The position numbers and the translations under genes are program-made. The notes under the pieces were generated by a model. That model worked only from the letters and a program-made list of their open reading frames with translations, did not search any database and had not been told where the DNA came from. DNA of 64,000 nucleotides from Oligoflexia bacterium (GTDB lineage: Bacteria; Bdellovibrionota; UBA1018), in contig CAVWVI010000004.1 in the NCBI GenBank assembly GCA_963758495.1, positions 1,024,001 to 1,088,000 on the forward strand, given 5' to 3'. This document shows, in pieces, positions 37,989 to 48,734 of the stretch (the first letter of the stretch is position 1; the number at the start of each line of letters is the position of its first letter).

Positions 37989-40900
37989 TTACCTCGAATG
38001 AGGCCGCTCAGAAAGACTTGGTTGCACAATAATTTTTAAAAATTCTTTGATTTCACCTTGATTCCCTCGACCGATCATCTGACTCAAGGTTTGTAATACT
38101 TGATAAAATCTTTCAGAATTAGAAAGGTCACTCGGAGAACTCCGTTTTTGATCTCCAGCTAATAGCAAAAACCGACTTAGATCGTTGGATTTTAAAAGTG
38201 AGGCAACACGAGTTCGGAGCCGACTGGCTAATTCTTTCTCTTCCACGGTACGAGGTGTGCCATTCAGCTGAGTGGGTCTTTCCTCGAAAAACCGCAAAAG
38301 AGGTAGAACAACCTTCTTTACATCCAAGTTTTGATACTCTTTAGAAGCTTGCAAGCCATTGAATCTTTCCTCAAAGGTTGTCCAATGGGCTCGAAGAATC
38401 TCGTCTTCAAAAACCGGCTTTAAAATTTCCATCAGATGATTTGCACGACTGATATTAGGAGTTCCATCCTGCTCAGAAAGGATGTACTTGATCTCATCTA
38501 GCAATCCTTTCTTTTTCTCTTCATCCGTATCTTCATAGATTGCACGTAATAAGTTGGATCCGAGCTTTGACTTAAACACCGTATTAAAAAAATCACTTTG
38601 GGCAATCAAGAATGGCTCATGATTTTTCAAGATTGCACTTGTATTTGCAAGGATCAAATCCAAGGCATCTGGTTTAGGTTTGGCATTAAAAGACGGTTGC
38701 CATTCTTCCATTCGATTGAGGGTTGCAAAACCATATAAACCCAACTGCTTCATTCGAGCTCTATCTTCATCAGTTCCCTGATCAATAGTCTTAAATACCT
38801 GCTCAAAAACTTTCCAAATTAATTGATGCTGAGGATCAGAGGAAAAGAGGGTGACGAGGACCTCTTTCGTCTCGGGAGAAGTCGCTGAGTGAATCATCGT
38901 TGCGAAAAAATCATTTAAAACACGCCATTCATTATAATGGGGATCATTGGGATCATACACGTCATTAAACTTTTTAGGTTTTTTAAATTTCTGAAGTTGA
39001 CGACCTATTTGACGCAAGAAACCAGCCCTTACCTGTTTTAAAATCATGTTGAGATGATTAGGATCCCCTGGAGTGACGGTTGCATGTCTCGACTTCTCTG
39101 GAGTTGCATAATACAATTGAAAGAACATATCTCGAAGTATCGCGAGACCCTCTTTAAAGCCTCCATCATTCACTCCCTTAATTTTATTTTTTTGAGAGAT
39201 CAAATTTTCCTTCAGGACTGAATTTACTTGCCAAAGATTATATAAATGTCTTTGAAAATCTTTAATTTCTTCCGCATTAAATCCCACTGGCAAAAGATGC
39301 TTCAACCACGGATTTGCTTGCTCGTCTATTTTCAAGTCAGGGCGATTATTTAAATTACAACTTGGTAAAGAAGGTAACCCAACGTACATGTACGTAAGAG
39401 CGTACAAATTCTCGAATCCAATGCTGCGTCCTAAAGTTTTTCTATCGGTGATATCATCTACCGCCTCTTCAAGTGTTTGTATCTCCTGCTTCTTGGCCAG
39501 ATCCTTAATCTCTTTAGGCCATAGTGCTGGATCAACATCCTTCCAAGCATTTGCAAGTACGGCCAAAAAATCTAGTGCCATATTTTTGAAAGGTGGAATT
39601 TTTTGAGGAAAATCTACATTAACCAACACCAACTCAAGCATATCCAAGGTATTAACAAGACGTACCCTTGGCCTATCTTCTCCCGGGTAAAAATACGTAA
39701 TCAATCTATAATCAATGGAGCGATCATAAAGCCACTCTAAGAAATGACTTGGCGAATAATGCCGTTCAACAGTCTCTTTTGCATCTTTAGGTAAAGTAAA
39801 ATATTTTAGCATATTAAACTGTGACTCTAAAACTCGCTTGCCAGAATCATCTTGAGTCCACGTGCCCTTTGGATCTTGATGCCAACCTCCAAGTCGCTTG
39901 AAAACAGGCTCAACCACGGCCTTGAGATCGGGAATTTCCCAACTCTGACGGGGTCCCTTCAAGGTATCTGTTGACTCAGTTAATTTTACCAAATCCCAGT
40001 TTGTGACATTATTTTTTGCTTCATGAATAATCTCAAGAACTCTTGCGTCAATCAGCCCATTTCTATTCGGAATAGTGTTAGGGTAGAATTCACATTCCTT
40101 GACCTCTACCCATTGTCTAATCTGTGCTTTTAGTTGAGCCGTAAAGAGAGGGTCCAAAGCGGGGTCGTCTTGAATATCATTGACTCTATTCGGCAGGTGG
40201 GGATCAACCTCTCGATGAAGTAAATCATCCACATAACCCAAAAGCTCGGAAAACTTTTTCTTCTCTAAGATATTTCCGGCAAAAGCTTCCAGCTCTCGAA
40301 TGCTGCCTGTAGCTCTCTGCATTAAAGCACCCGCAATATCGTAAAGGGGCTTAAGTGCCGAATGGGACGCATCTAATGGACTTGCAGGAGGAGTCGGTCC
40401 CTCTACCCATAATGGAACAATATTTAATAAACCAAATAAAGACTTCATGGAGCCATGACCCGCAGGAGGAACACAAGCATCCACAAGATATTTGAGATCA
40501 TCTGATGTGAGGCTACTACTCACCCTACTCAAATTTTTAATCGCAAGATCTAGATAAGAAGTACTCTGATCTGTTTGCTGAGCCTTCAAGAAAAGGACGG
40601 AATCCTTTATTAAGGGTGGAATACCTTTTTTGTCCGTTTGACCACTTTTTCCACAATTCAAAAAATACTGAAGTTGCTTATCATAATTATCAGCCGATGT
40701 AGAATCTGCAATATTAAATAATACACTCAAATTTTTACAATCCTCTGTATACCAAAACGAAGAAGAATCACTGGGTACCGCTACGATAGGTTTGAGTGAA
40801 AGCCCTAATACCTGATTATCAGATCCCCACTGACTAGATGAACTGAGATTATGCTGACGAAAGGCACTGAGTGCAGGTATAGCTGGATAAGTAATTTGAG

Positions 40901-42833
40901 AAGATGCAACTCCTGTTGTAATAAACCGATGGGCAAGTTTAAAAAGAGTATCGATCAAATCTTTCAATCGCCCATCATTTAATTCCGCCATATTAGAAAT
41001 AGATTCAATCGCGCCAATAAATTCACTCTCAGTTCCACCCGCCCCGCTTTTTGTCATCTCAAATAAAGCATTATAAAGCTCTACGTCGTGGGTCGCGTGC
41101 GTAAAAAAGACTTGGAATAAATCCAAAAATGGATGAGCACTATTTGAATAGTAGACGTTTCTTAAAGTTTTAAAAACGGGTTCCAAGAGCAGATCTGAGT
41201 CTTGAACAAGCTCGGTCAAACCAGAAACCCACTTAAACAATTGCGCACTGTCAGCTCGAGATATCGCCTTTGTGAAAACATCCATGATACTTTGACCACG
41301 AAGTTTTTCTTGGGGTTTGATTAAGGCTTTAAAAAGACCTTGAACCCGCTCTTGATCTTGCTGACTAGGCAAAGACATGACCAAAAAAAGATCGATCCAT
41401 ATATTGCGAGCATTCATTTCGCTCAGCGCTGGCATAAGATGCCCGAATTTTTGATCTCCTAAAAAATTTACAAAAAGTTGCGCTAAAAGCGGGTATTCAT
41501 TTCCCGGTTCACTTTTGCCATCGCAGCCCTTCCAATGAAGTCCTGGTTCTTGATACAGAACATTCAAAACTTCAGCCATGTTTTTCATGACACCTGTTTC
41601 AGCTGTTTTTACTAATGTGTTGTAATGCGTTTGAAGGTTTTTTGGCAAATCACAAACGGGAGCAAGTGCAACGAGATTTAATTTACTATCACGCAAAATA
41701 TAGCGATCGGCATCCAATTCCTTTTGATCACTCATCTCTCGAAGTAAATGCATGGCTGCATTTGGAATTACTTTTGAATCCTTCAAGCACTTCACTTCAC
41801 CATTCAGATCGTTCAATGCAATTCCTAGATCTTTTAATAGGGAAGAATTCGGCTCTAGAGTTTGATTTTTTAAAGTGGCCTGTAATATCGAAGCTAATTT
41901 CGGAACCTGTATTTTGAGATGACTAGAAAGGTCTATCCCTGGAGGAGGCGTATTACCGATTACCTTATTGAGAGCATTAAAAAATGGATTGCCTTGATTC
42001 TTTGAGGTGTCTTCACCTAGTACGGCCTGAATAAACTGGGGCTTAATATCAACGGAGTGACCTTCACATGGATAAGTATGAGGTTCCGTTAAGTAAAGAT
42101 AAAGGGAATCTACGATGCTTTGCAGAGATTGTCCAGAACCGCTATCCTCTTTAAAATGTTCAGCCAACGAATGAACGGCAGGAGCACCCGTAAGAGCAAT
42201 TCCAGAATCAATATTTTGACCCCAAGACTCATAAGTCATTTCATCAAGACCCAGGAGATCTATTGCAGTTAATAGATCTGGATCAAGAATCCACTTTCCA
42301 TCCTCAGCTTGAGTCGTCACTCCACCTGCTTTTATTAAAGCTATTGTACTTGTAATAAATTTAGGATGTTTCAGAATTTTTGCAATTTGCTGAAACCCCT
42401 CTGTAAGCACTCCGCTCTTCGAAAGATCGCGATGAGTCTGTTCGAGTTCATAAAACGTGTTTCTTCCTTCGCCTTCCAAAAGATGATGGTTGATTGCGTC
42501 GACAAGTGGCTGAAGAGCATGATCGGGTAATTTTTTAACTAAAATTGCAATTTTATTGAGTGCCTGATTTTCATTAAAACAATCAATGATTGCTCTCATC
42601 GCCGGAACATCTAGGGTCGAACTCTTCAAGTTCATTACTGCACAAGCAGTGTTTATTTTTCTATAAGCGGAAGCACTCGTTACTGTTTTATCCTGCCCAC
42701 TACCGAACATCCCGGGACTACAGCCTGTGCTTAATGAAATAATACCTAAGCCCAAAGCATAAATTTTTGAAATTCGCATGAATTGCTTTATTGATGTTAA
42801 GCTTGATGATAATAATATAGATGCATTTTTCAT
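37989..42833 (-). CDS. Very large (1614 aa) helical hypothetical lipoprotein
   Basis: Long uninterrupted ORF; lipobox-like LSTG|C; ends 9 bp before the moxR start. Confidence 0.8.
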   Translation of the reverse strand: MKNASILLSSSLTSIKQFMRISKIYALGLGIISLSTGCSPGMFGSGQDKTVTSASAYRKINTACAVMNLKSSTLDVPAMRAIIDCFNENQALNKIAILVKKLPDHALQPLVDAINHHLLEGEGRNTFYELEQTHRDLSKSGVLTEGFQQIAKILKHPKFITSTIALIKAGGVTTQAEDGKWILDPDLLTAIDLLGLDEMTYESWGQNIDSGIALTGAPAVHSLAEHFKEDSGSGQSLQSIVDSLYLYLTEPHTYPCEGHSVDIKPQFIQAVLGEDTSKNQGNPFFNALNKVIGNTPPPGIDLSSHLKIQVPKLASILQATLKNQTLEPNSSLLKDLGIALNDLNGEVKCLKDSKVIPNAAMHLLREMSDQKELDADRYILRDSKLNLVALAPVCDLPKNLQTHYNTLVKTAETGVMKNMAEVLNVLYQEPGLHWKGCDGKSEPGNEYPLLAQLFVNFLGDQKFGHLMPALSEMNARNIWIDLFLVMSLPSQQDQERVQGLFKALIKPQEKLRGQSIMDVFTKAISRADSAQLFKWVSGLTELVQDSDLLLEPVFKTLRNVYYSNSAHPFLDLFQVFFTHATHDVELYNALFEMTKSGAGGTESEFIGAIESISNMAELNDGRLKDLIDTLFKLAHRFITTGVASSQITYPAIPALSAFRQHNLSSSSQWGSDNQVLGLSLKPIVAVPSDSSSFWYTEDCKNLSVLFNIADSTSADNYDKQLQYFLNCGKSGQTDKKGIPPLIKDSVLFLKAQQTDQSTSYLDLAIKNLSRVSSSLTSDDLKYLVDACVPPAGHGSMKSLFGLLNIVPLWVEGPTPPASPLDASHSALKPLYDIAGALMQRATGSIRELEAFAGNILEKKKFSELLGYVDDLLHREVDPHLPNRVNDIQDDPALDPLFTAQLKAQIRQWVEVKECEFYPNTIPNRNGLIDARVLEIIHEAKNNVTNWDLVKLTESTDTLKGPRQSWEIPDLKAVVEPVFKRLGGWHQDPKGTWTQDDSGKRVLESQFNMLKYFTLPKDAKETVERHYSPSHFLEWLYDRSIDYRLITYFYPGEDRPRVRLVNTLDMLELVLVNVDFPQKIPPFKNMALDFLAVLANAWKDVDPALWPKEIKDLAKKQEIQTLEEAVDDITDRKTLGRSIGFENLYALTYMYVGLPSLPSCNLNNRPDLKIDEQANPWLKHLLPVGFNAEEIKDFQRHLYNLWQVNSVLKENLISQKNKIKGVNDGGFKEGLAILRDMFFQLYYATPEKSRHATVTPGDPNHLNMILKQVRAGFLRQIGRQLQKFKKPKKFNDVYDPNDPHYNEWRVLNDFFATMIHSATSPETKEVLVTLFSSDPQHQLIWKVFEQVFKTIDQGTDEDRARMKQLGLYGFATLNRMEEWQPSFNAKPKPDALDLILANTSAILKNHEPFLIAQSDFFNTVFKSKLGSNLLRAIYEDTDEEKKKGLLDEIKYILSEQDGTPNISRANHLMEILKPVFEDEILRAHWTTFEERFNGLQASKEYQNLDVKKVVLPLLRFFEERPTQLNGTPRTVEEKELASRLRTRVASLLKSNDLSRFLLLAGDQKRSSPSDLSNSERFYQVLQTLSQMIGRGNQGEIKEFLKIIVQPSLSERPHSR

Positions 42834-43095
42834 TCGAAAAACTTCCCTCTCATACCCTTAATTGACCGAAGTTAGAGGTATCAGATTAGACCCCTTGAGT
42901 CAAATTTTCGCCAATAAAAAAACATTATGATTTCAAACGGTTAAATAAATAAAAACCCATATTACGCCTTGGCACTAGTTTATAAAACTAAATAAGTATA
43001 ATAATTTAAAAATTCATTTAAAATACTATTACATTACTTCACTTTACAAAAATAAATCATCCCTTAAAATCAATATCCCTCTCCAAATAAATGCT

Positions 43096-44847
43096 ATGAT
43101 TTATTTAATGATCTCACCTTGGAAAGTACTCACTCGAACTGCTCTCATTTGCACGCTCCTTGGAGTTGTCATTTTTGGGCTTTCTATGTGCAGAATCGAG
43201 CCTCTCCCCCTCAATCAAAGTCCACTTCAGTTTAACGCGACGCATAGTCATGAATACATGCGCAAGCTAGCAAAAGGATTTCCAAATCGAGTCACCTGGG
43301 GAGAAAATCGCATCAAGGCTGGGTCATGGCTCAAGAATGAATTTAAAAAGATGGGTTATCAACCCAAAAGTTTATTTTTTTCAGAGGTCATTGCGGGTAA
43401 GCAATATACCCATCTGGAAAATATTTATGCAGAAAAAAAGGGAACTACACATCCTAACGAAATCATCGTGATCATGGCTCACTATGATATTGTGGATACA
43501 ACGACTGAAGGCGCAATGGATGATGCTTCGGGCGTCGGTGTTGCCCTTGAGTTGGCACAAACTTTTTTCCATGAAAATACGGATAGAACCCTACTCTTCC
43601 TTCTAACGGATAGTGAGGAGTATGGCGCTTTCTGGGGCGCTACTTCTTTTGCCCAGTCTTATGAACATGCTGATCAAATTGTTGCTGCAATCAATTTTGA
43701 TTTTTTAGCTCCAGGTAAACAGACAGGAATTCTGACACTTTGCGATGGTCTGAAAACTGGTTACACTCCCTTGTGGTTGCGTGAAATTGCCCTGAACTCT
43801 TTGCGATCTCTGGGCAATATCAATGTAATAGATATGAGCGGAGCCTTAGAATTTATTGAGCGAGCCATGGAAATCCCTCCAGCGGATCATGGCCCCTTTC
43901 TGGCTGCCGGAATCCCAGCCTTTAATTGGGTAGGACAAACAGAAAATTTTGCTTATGTAATGGCGCATTTTCATCATACTCGTCATGATGTTGCCGAAAT
44001 TATGTTGCCTGAATCATTTGATAGTTTTGGGAAGGGTGCTGAGCGAGCGATCCGGACTATCGACCATTTATCGCGCATTCCCAATAACTTTCGGGATCAT
44101 TCTTATTGGAAAATTTCATCTCACTATTACTTACCTGGCTGGGCAGTCACCCTCCTTCATATTTTAGCTTTCATTCCCTTTCTTGCTTATAGCATTACAA
44201 AGTTTAGTCGAACCTTTCGCACGAGTTCCAGTGCTAAGATAAAGCAAGTCATCCGAAACGAATTAAAGAAAATGAGCATCCTCCTTGGCTCACTCCTCAT
44301 TGGCTATGTAGTGATGTTAATGCTGCCAGCACTCCGAATCATCACTCAATATGAGACTTTTCCAGCGACTCAAAAATCTCTCTTTCTTTACAATCCTAAT
44401 TTTATCGCGATTTTATTAGTACTTGTTTCTATTATTTTTATTTATTGTATTTTTAAAAAGGTCTTTTCCGAACCTGAAGATTTAAAACCTTTTGTTGAAC
44501 TTCGTCATGCGACTCATTTAATCTTTTTAGCTTTTATCATTTTTTTAGCTTTCCTAAAAAACAGCTACCTAGCGGTGCTACTACTTTTACCGCCCGCCTA
44601 TTTCTGGGCTGCACTCAAAACTCGACGCCGCATTGAAGATCGCCTTCTCAATGCACTCTTTATTTTAGGCGGAGCCATTACTCTCATTGTGACTACAGTG
44701 ATATTAACTACTATTTTTCATGTCGGAGTTTTTTACTGGTATCTGTTTTTAGCTGCGATTTACGGCTTATTTTCTACTTATTCAGTAGTGCTTTTTTTCA
44801 TGGCGCTTACCGTGATGATTCGGTTGTTTCGATCTTTTGTGATTTGA
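43096..44847 (+). CDS. M28 family metallopeptidase with C-terminal multi-TM domain
   Basis: IMAHYD, GAMDDASGV, TDSEEYG, AINFD, ADHGPF, HHTRHD; about eight C-terminal TM segments. Confidence 0.88.
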   Translation: MIYLMISPWKVLTRTALICTLLGVVIFGLSMCRIEPLPLNQSPLQFNATHSHEYMRKLAKGFPNRVTWGENRIKAGSWLKNEFKKMGYQPKSLFFSEVIAGKQYTHLENIYAEKKGTTHPNEIIVIMAHYDIVDTTTEGAMDDASGVGVALELAQTFFHENTDRTLLFLLTDSEEYGAFWGATSFAQSYEHADQIVAAINFDFLAPGKQTGILTLCDGLKTGYTPLWLREIALNSLRSLGNINVIDMSGALEFIERAMEIPPADHGPFLAAGIPAFNWVGQTENFAYVMAHFHHTRHDVAEIMLPESFDSFGKGAERAIRTIDHLSRIPNNFRDHSYWKISSHYYLPGWAVTLLHILAFIPFLAYSITKFSRTFRTSSSAKIKQVIRNELKKMSILLGSLLIGYVVMLMLPALRIITQYETFPATQKSLFLYNPNFIAILLVLVSIIFIYCIFKKVFSEPEDLKPFVELRHATHLIFLAFIIFLAFLKNSYLAVLLLLPPAYFWAALKTRRRIEDRLLNALFILGGAITLIVTTVILTTIFHVGVFYWYLFLAAIYGLFSTYSVVLFFMALTVMIRLFRSFVI

Positions 44848-44888
44848 TTCATTCTCATACAGATCATGAGAGAGAAAGTATGAAATCC

Positions 44889-45683
44889 CTAGAGTTTTGT
44901 TAGCGTTAATTTTGCTTTGGCACTTTCTAATTCATCGTTGAAAAATAGAAAGAGATTACTTCCTTCTCTTCTTTTCGTTGATCTAAATAGGATTCCATGC
45001 ACATTGAGAGAGTTCGAAAAATTTCTAAGCCAACTTCCAATGACCTGGCTGACTTTTGGGGATTTCTGGTATTTCCATGCAGCATTATAAGGAATTTCTG
45101 AAACAACAGAGAGAAGCGGAAATTCATGAAATTCTTGACTTGCAGTTTCAATGATTTTATCAAAATCAAAAAGTCGAATAGATGGGCCATTGAAACTGAG
45201 TTTATAGATGTCGCTTGAAATCGAGGGTAATCCAGCACTATCATACTCTTCCTTGGCAGTTTCGAGTTCTAGCGAACCATAAAGACCAAACTGAGGATTC
45301 AAGCGCCCCTCAAATTCCTTTATCAACTGAGGTGTGCCTATGTTAACTCTCCCACCACAAGAAAAACTTCCAAGGCAAGATATAGGGTTACGATTGAATT
45401 CGACGATCCTAAAAAATGAGGAAGTGTCAATTAGCTTTACCCAATCTTCCGATGGCGTCTTTGAGAGTAAAAAACTGTCTATACTTCTAACTTGCGCCAA
45501 ATCATTCTGTTGAACCGCCTGCTCTTTGAGAAGCAAACCATAAGTGTGAAAGCTAAGGGCCGTTTCGTCAAAAATATGAGCATATTTTAGACTCACCTTT
45601 TTAGGCTGCTTTATTTGAATCGGAACTTTTTTCTTAGCGACTTTTCTTTCAGCTTTCCTCTTAGCGATTTTTTTCTTCGCCAC
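44889..45683 (-). CDS. RES-domain toxin (MbcT/ParT-like)
   Basis: FFRIV (R), GGRVN, LYGSLELETAKEE (E), SQVIG, GILFRS (S), GSNLFLF; 23-bp overlap with the antitoxin. Confidence 0.8.
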   Translation of the reverse strand: MAKKKIAKRKAERKVAKKKVPIQIKQPKKVSLKYAHIFDETALSFHTYGLLLKEQAVQQNDLAQVRSIDSFLLSKTPSEDWVKLIDTSSFFRIVEFNRNPISCLGSFSCGGRVNIGTPQLIKEFEGRLNPQFGLYGSLELETAKEEYDSAGLPSISSDIYKLSFNGPSIRLFDFDKIIETASQEFHEFPLLSVVSEIPYNAAWKYQKSPKVSQVIGSWLRNFSNSLNVHGILFRSTKRREGSNLFLFFNDELESAKAKLTLTKL

Positions 45684-46095
45684 TCAGTTCCCCTAATCTC
45701 GATTGAAGAAGTTCTAAAACAGCTTTTCCATCTCCAAGAAGGCTTACCTCAAAAGGAGATTTACCAAAGAAATATGAATTTGGGGTGAGAACCCATAATC
45801 TACCTTTTTCCATATCTCCTAAAAGTTCAGCAGCCATTTCCGCCGATAAAGCAATTGGAATGAGTTTCTCTTTGATAAACTTATGAGATACTTTGATTCT
45901 CTTTTCATAAAGTGTCGTTCTCCCAATGCCTAAAGATTTCGATAAATCTGCTGGTTTAAACCGATCCTCACCCAAGAATTTCTTAAATCCTTTAGATTCA
46001 ATTGCCTGGAAGTCTGAAGTCAAAATACCAAAGGAATTTTTAAGCTGATGACCTATTGATCTTTCGGGTTTTTCAATACGACGAACGGGTAGCAT
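45661..46095 (-). CDS. Xre/MbcA/ParS-type antitoxin
   Basis: HTH ADLSKSLGIGRTTLY; C-terminal GRLWVLTPNSYFFGKSPFE...VLELL. Confidence 0.82.
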   Translation of the reverse strand: MLPVRRIEKPERSIGHQLKNSFGILTSDFQAIESKGFKKFLGEDRFKPADLSKSLGIGRTTLYEKRIKVSHKFIKEKLIPIALSAEMAAELLGDMEKGRLWVLTPNSYFFGKSPFEVSLLGDGKAVLELLQSRLGELSGEEKNR

Positions 46096-46322
46096 AAGAT
46101 TCTTTCCTTTTACTTATTTTATCCTAGTTTCGACATATTTCCGACTTTATTTTAGTTAATACTGTCGGAACATGTAAACTACAATAAAAACATACAATTG
46201 ACGCACGTATCTAAATCAACCCAAATAAAGAGGCTTTAAATAGACATTCTAGTGCCCCTAGTATACACAGAGCCGGTCCCTAGCGTGTGTACTAGGAACG
46301 TAACAAGGGGTAATTAAAACAA

Positions 46323-46733
46323 ATGAAAAAATTAATTCTTATTTCCATGGCGGCACTGTCCTCTAACGTGGCGATGGCTGCTCCGCTGGAGTTCAATAAA
46401 TTTTTCGCGGTGAAGACAATGACTTGTAAATCCGACCAGACACCCACACCTGAGCTAACAATGGACGTCTACAGCGGCGGCGACGGCCTCTTGTTCCAGG
46501 AGAGAATGAGTTTTGGAGAACCTGCGTATCTACTGATTTTTTCAGGAAAGGAAGTCCCCTCTACTGCCATGGCAGCGAGAGAGGAAAAGACTGGCGATAA
46601 ATCAAAGATGATTTTGGTTACGCTGGACGGAAGAAAGTTCGAAATCACTGATCCTATGAGTAACAAACCTTCGAGTAGGGTTACCTTAGAATCAGGAATT
46701 GAATTACACTGCTCCTTGGTACTGGGGCATTGA
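46323..46733 (+). CDS. Secreted hypothetical protein
   Basis: Signal peptide MKKLILISMAALSSNVAMA; two Cys at the ends of the mature domain. Confidence 0.65.
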   Translation: MKKLILISMAALSSNVAMAAPLEFNKFFAVKTMTCKSDQTPTPELTMDVYSGGDGLLFQERMSFGEPAYLLIFSGKEVPSTAMAAREEKTGDKSKMILVTLDGRKFEITDPMSNKPSSRVTLESGIELHCSLVLGH

Positions 46734-47035
46734 AAACGCGACTGCTCTCGTTAGTATAATTAGTTTTTTGTCACGAATTCAAACCTCCTCAGTCTTGCGC
46801 TACCAAATACGTGAAGCTCACAGGCTACCTCATTGCAAGGTAACTTCTCTATTTCTTGATTTTGGATGGACCCAACTTCCAATACTATAATTTTATATAT
46901 TTAGTATTAAAAAACTTAGATAGAATTACGCCTCTTTTGTCTACAAACCTCTTTGGGAGATCAACGCTTAGAGCAAATTGAGCAGCAACGTAGGCAAGAA
47001 TTAAGTCAAATCTAAATTAGATAGTGGTAGCCCAG

Positions 47036-48427
47036 ATGAAAACCGTCAAATTTATATTATTGAGTCTTACTCTAATCACTTTATTTACAAGATCCGTCCT
47101 TGCTGGAAATGATCCACCACTACCTACAGGACAAGTGACAACGACAATTGGAGGCACCCCTCCCAACTGCCCAGCACTTCCTAATAGTCATATCTTTAAT
47201 TCAGTAACTTCGGACATTGGCAAACTTTTTGGTGGGGGCGGCTCAAATGCTGTCATTCGAGCCTCAAATCAGAGACAAGAATACATTTTCACCATGGCAA
47301 ACCATAATGCTCGGGTACAAGAATGGATTACTCAGGAGAGGCAGCGCGTTGATGCTCTAAGAGGTTGCAACCCCACGCCCGAACTCTCACAACAAACTCG
47401 GGATCTTGAAAATAAACCAGTAGCGCAATTGGTACAAGGAAAGGCTAAACCCAAGGGAACGATCGATGTAAGCCAAATTCCAAATCCGGATGAGTCCTCT
47501 CTTCCTTATCAATTCCAATCTCCTGTAGGATCATTTAGGGATGAAGTGGTCCAACTTTATAAAGATCTCTATAAAGTCCAACCACAATTTGGAAAACAAC
47601 AAAAAGCTAGGGAATTTGGACTTATTGTTACAGAAGAAGCAGATCGGTCTTATTCATTAGGGAACGCTAATGACGCTAACTTCTACAAAGAACTTGGAAA
47701 AGAATTTTTGGATATTACAGTGGGGCTCGATCCAGTTACTGGGTTCGGAAGATCTGCTTATGAGCTTTTTTATGGAAGAAACTTAATCACTGGAATGAAA
47801 CTCAATTCAGTGGAACGAAGCTTTGCATTCTTAGGTGTAGCAACAGCAGGTGGAAGCAGATTTATCGCTCAAACAGGCCGTGGCATGTGGCGAATCTATC
47901 AACGCGCTTCACATCTACTTCAAAAAAAGCAATCGATTGAAACTGCGATTCGAGAAGGGGAAATTCTTGCTGTAAAAGCTGGAAACCTACTGAATGGATG
48001 GAGAAAAAATCATATTATCTCAGAAATAAAGTCTGCTGCCGACGCCAACGAACACTATATCACTCGACTCGGATGGGATCCTCCTTATCAGGAGGGCTCC
48101 TTTGTTGTCTTTTTTAATACAATTCGAGAAAGTAATTGGGTGCGAGTCCATTGGGAAACTAATGAAGTAGGTGGATAGCTGTTAAAGAAAATTGAAATAC
48201 GTGGCTTAACACCGCTCCAAATTAAAGAAAAATTTGCTTTAAAAAACACGCCTACTCATATCTCTGATGTCTCATTGTCAGGTGGTACCAAAGTGGCCAG
48301 AGGAAATATTCAAGGTCATGCTTTAGGAAGTTCAGGAGCTGTGCAATATCATATAGAGCAAAATATTCCAAATCTTGCACAAAGAACTACTAACAAAAGA
48401 CCATTGCCAGAGATATTTTATGAATAA
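47036..48427 (+). pseudogene. Sec-exported polymorphic toxin (pre-toxin TG domain + toxin tip) interrupted by an in-frame TAG at 48176-48178
   Basis: Signal peptide; LDITVGLDPVTGFGRSAYELFYGRNLITGMKLNSVER (PT-TG). The frame continues past TAG as LLKKIEIRGLTPLQIKEKFALKNTPTHISDVSLSGGTKVARG...GSSGAVQY to TAA 48425-27. Confidence 0.8.
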
Positions 48428-48713
48428 AAAGCTAAATCCAAGACATACAAAGATTATTCAAGAGATTGATACAGGAGACGGAATTATCATTCGGGAAGAT
48501 CCAAACTATTTTCCAGAAGATGTTCCAACTATTTATAAAGTAGATTACACAGGGAAGATCATATGGGAGGCTGAACGGCCTCTTAAGAATGATCAATATG
48601 TAAACCCAATATTATTTGAAGGTGGAAAACTTCAATGCGCAACCTGGCAGGGTTTTACATGTACTCTTGATCCATCAACTGGGCAGCTCTTAGATACCCT
48701 ATTTACAAAGTAA
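48420..48713 (+). CDS. Putative immunity protein
   Basis: ATG 48420 overlaps the extended toxin stop (ATGAATAA); IYKVDYTGKIIWE...TWQGFTCTLDPSTGQLLDTLFTK. Confidence 0.72.
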   Translation: MNKKLNPRHTKIIQEIDTGDGIIIREDPNYFPEDVPTIYKVDYTGKIIWEAERPLKNDQYVNPILFEGGKLQCATWQGFTCTLDPSTGQLLDTLFTK

Positions 48714-48734
48714 TGACTTACTGAATTAATTAAT

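Noticed and set aside
46775..46885. Possible MNT nucleotidyltransferase remnant on the minus strand (QEIEKLPCNEVACELHVFGSA)
   Set aside because: Only a short VFGS motif, with no start codon and no DxD; insufficient without a search.
48176..48178. Programmed TAG readthrough (pyrrolysine or alternative genetic code)
   Set aside because: TAG terminates other clear genes here (pilT, pilC, rplI, rpsR, rpsF); a single TGG>TAG change or a sequence error is simpler.
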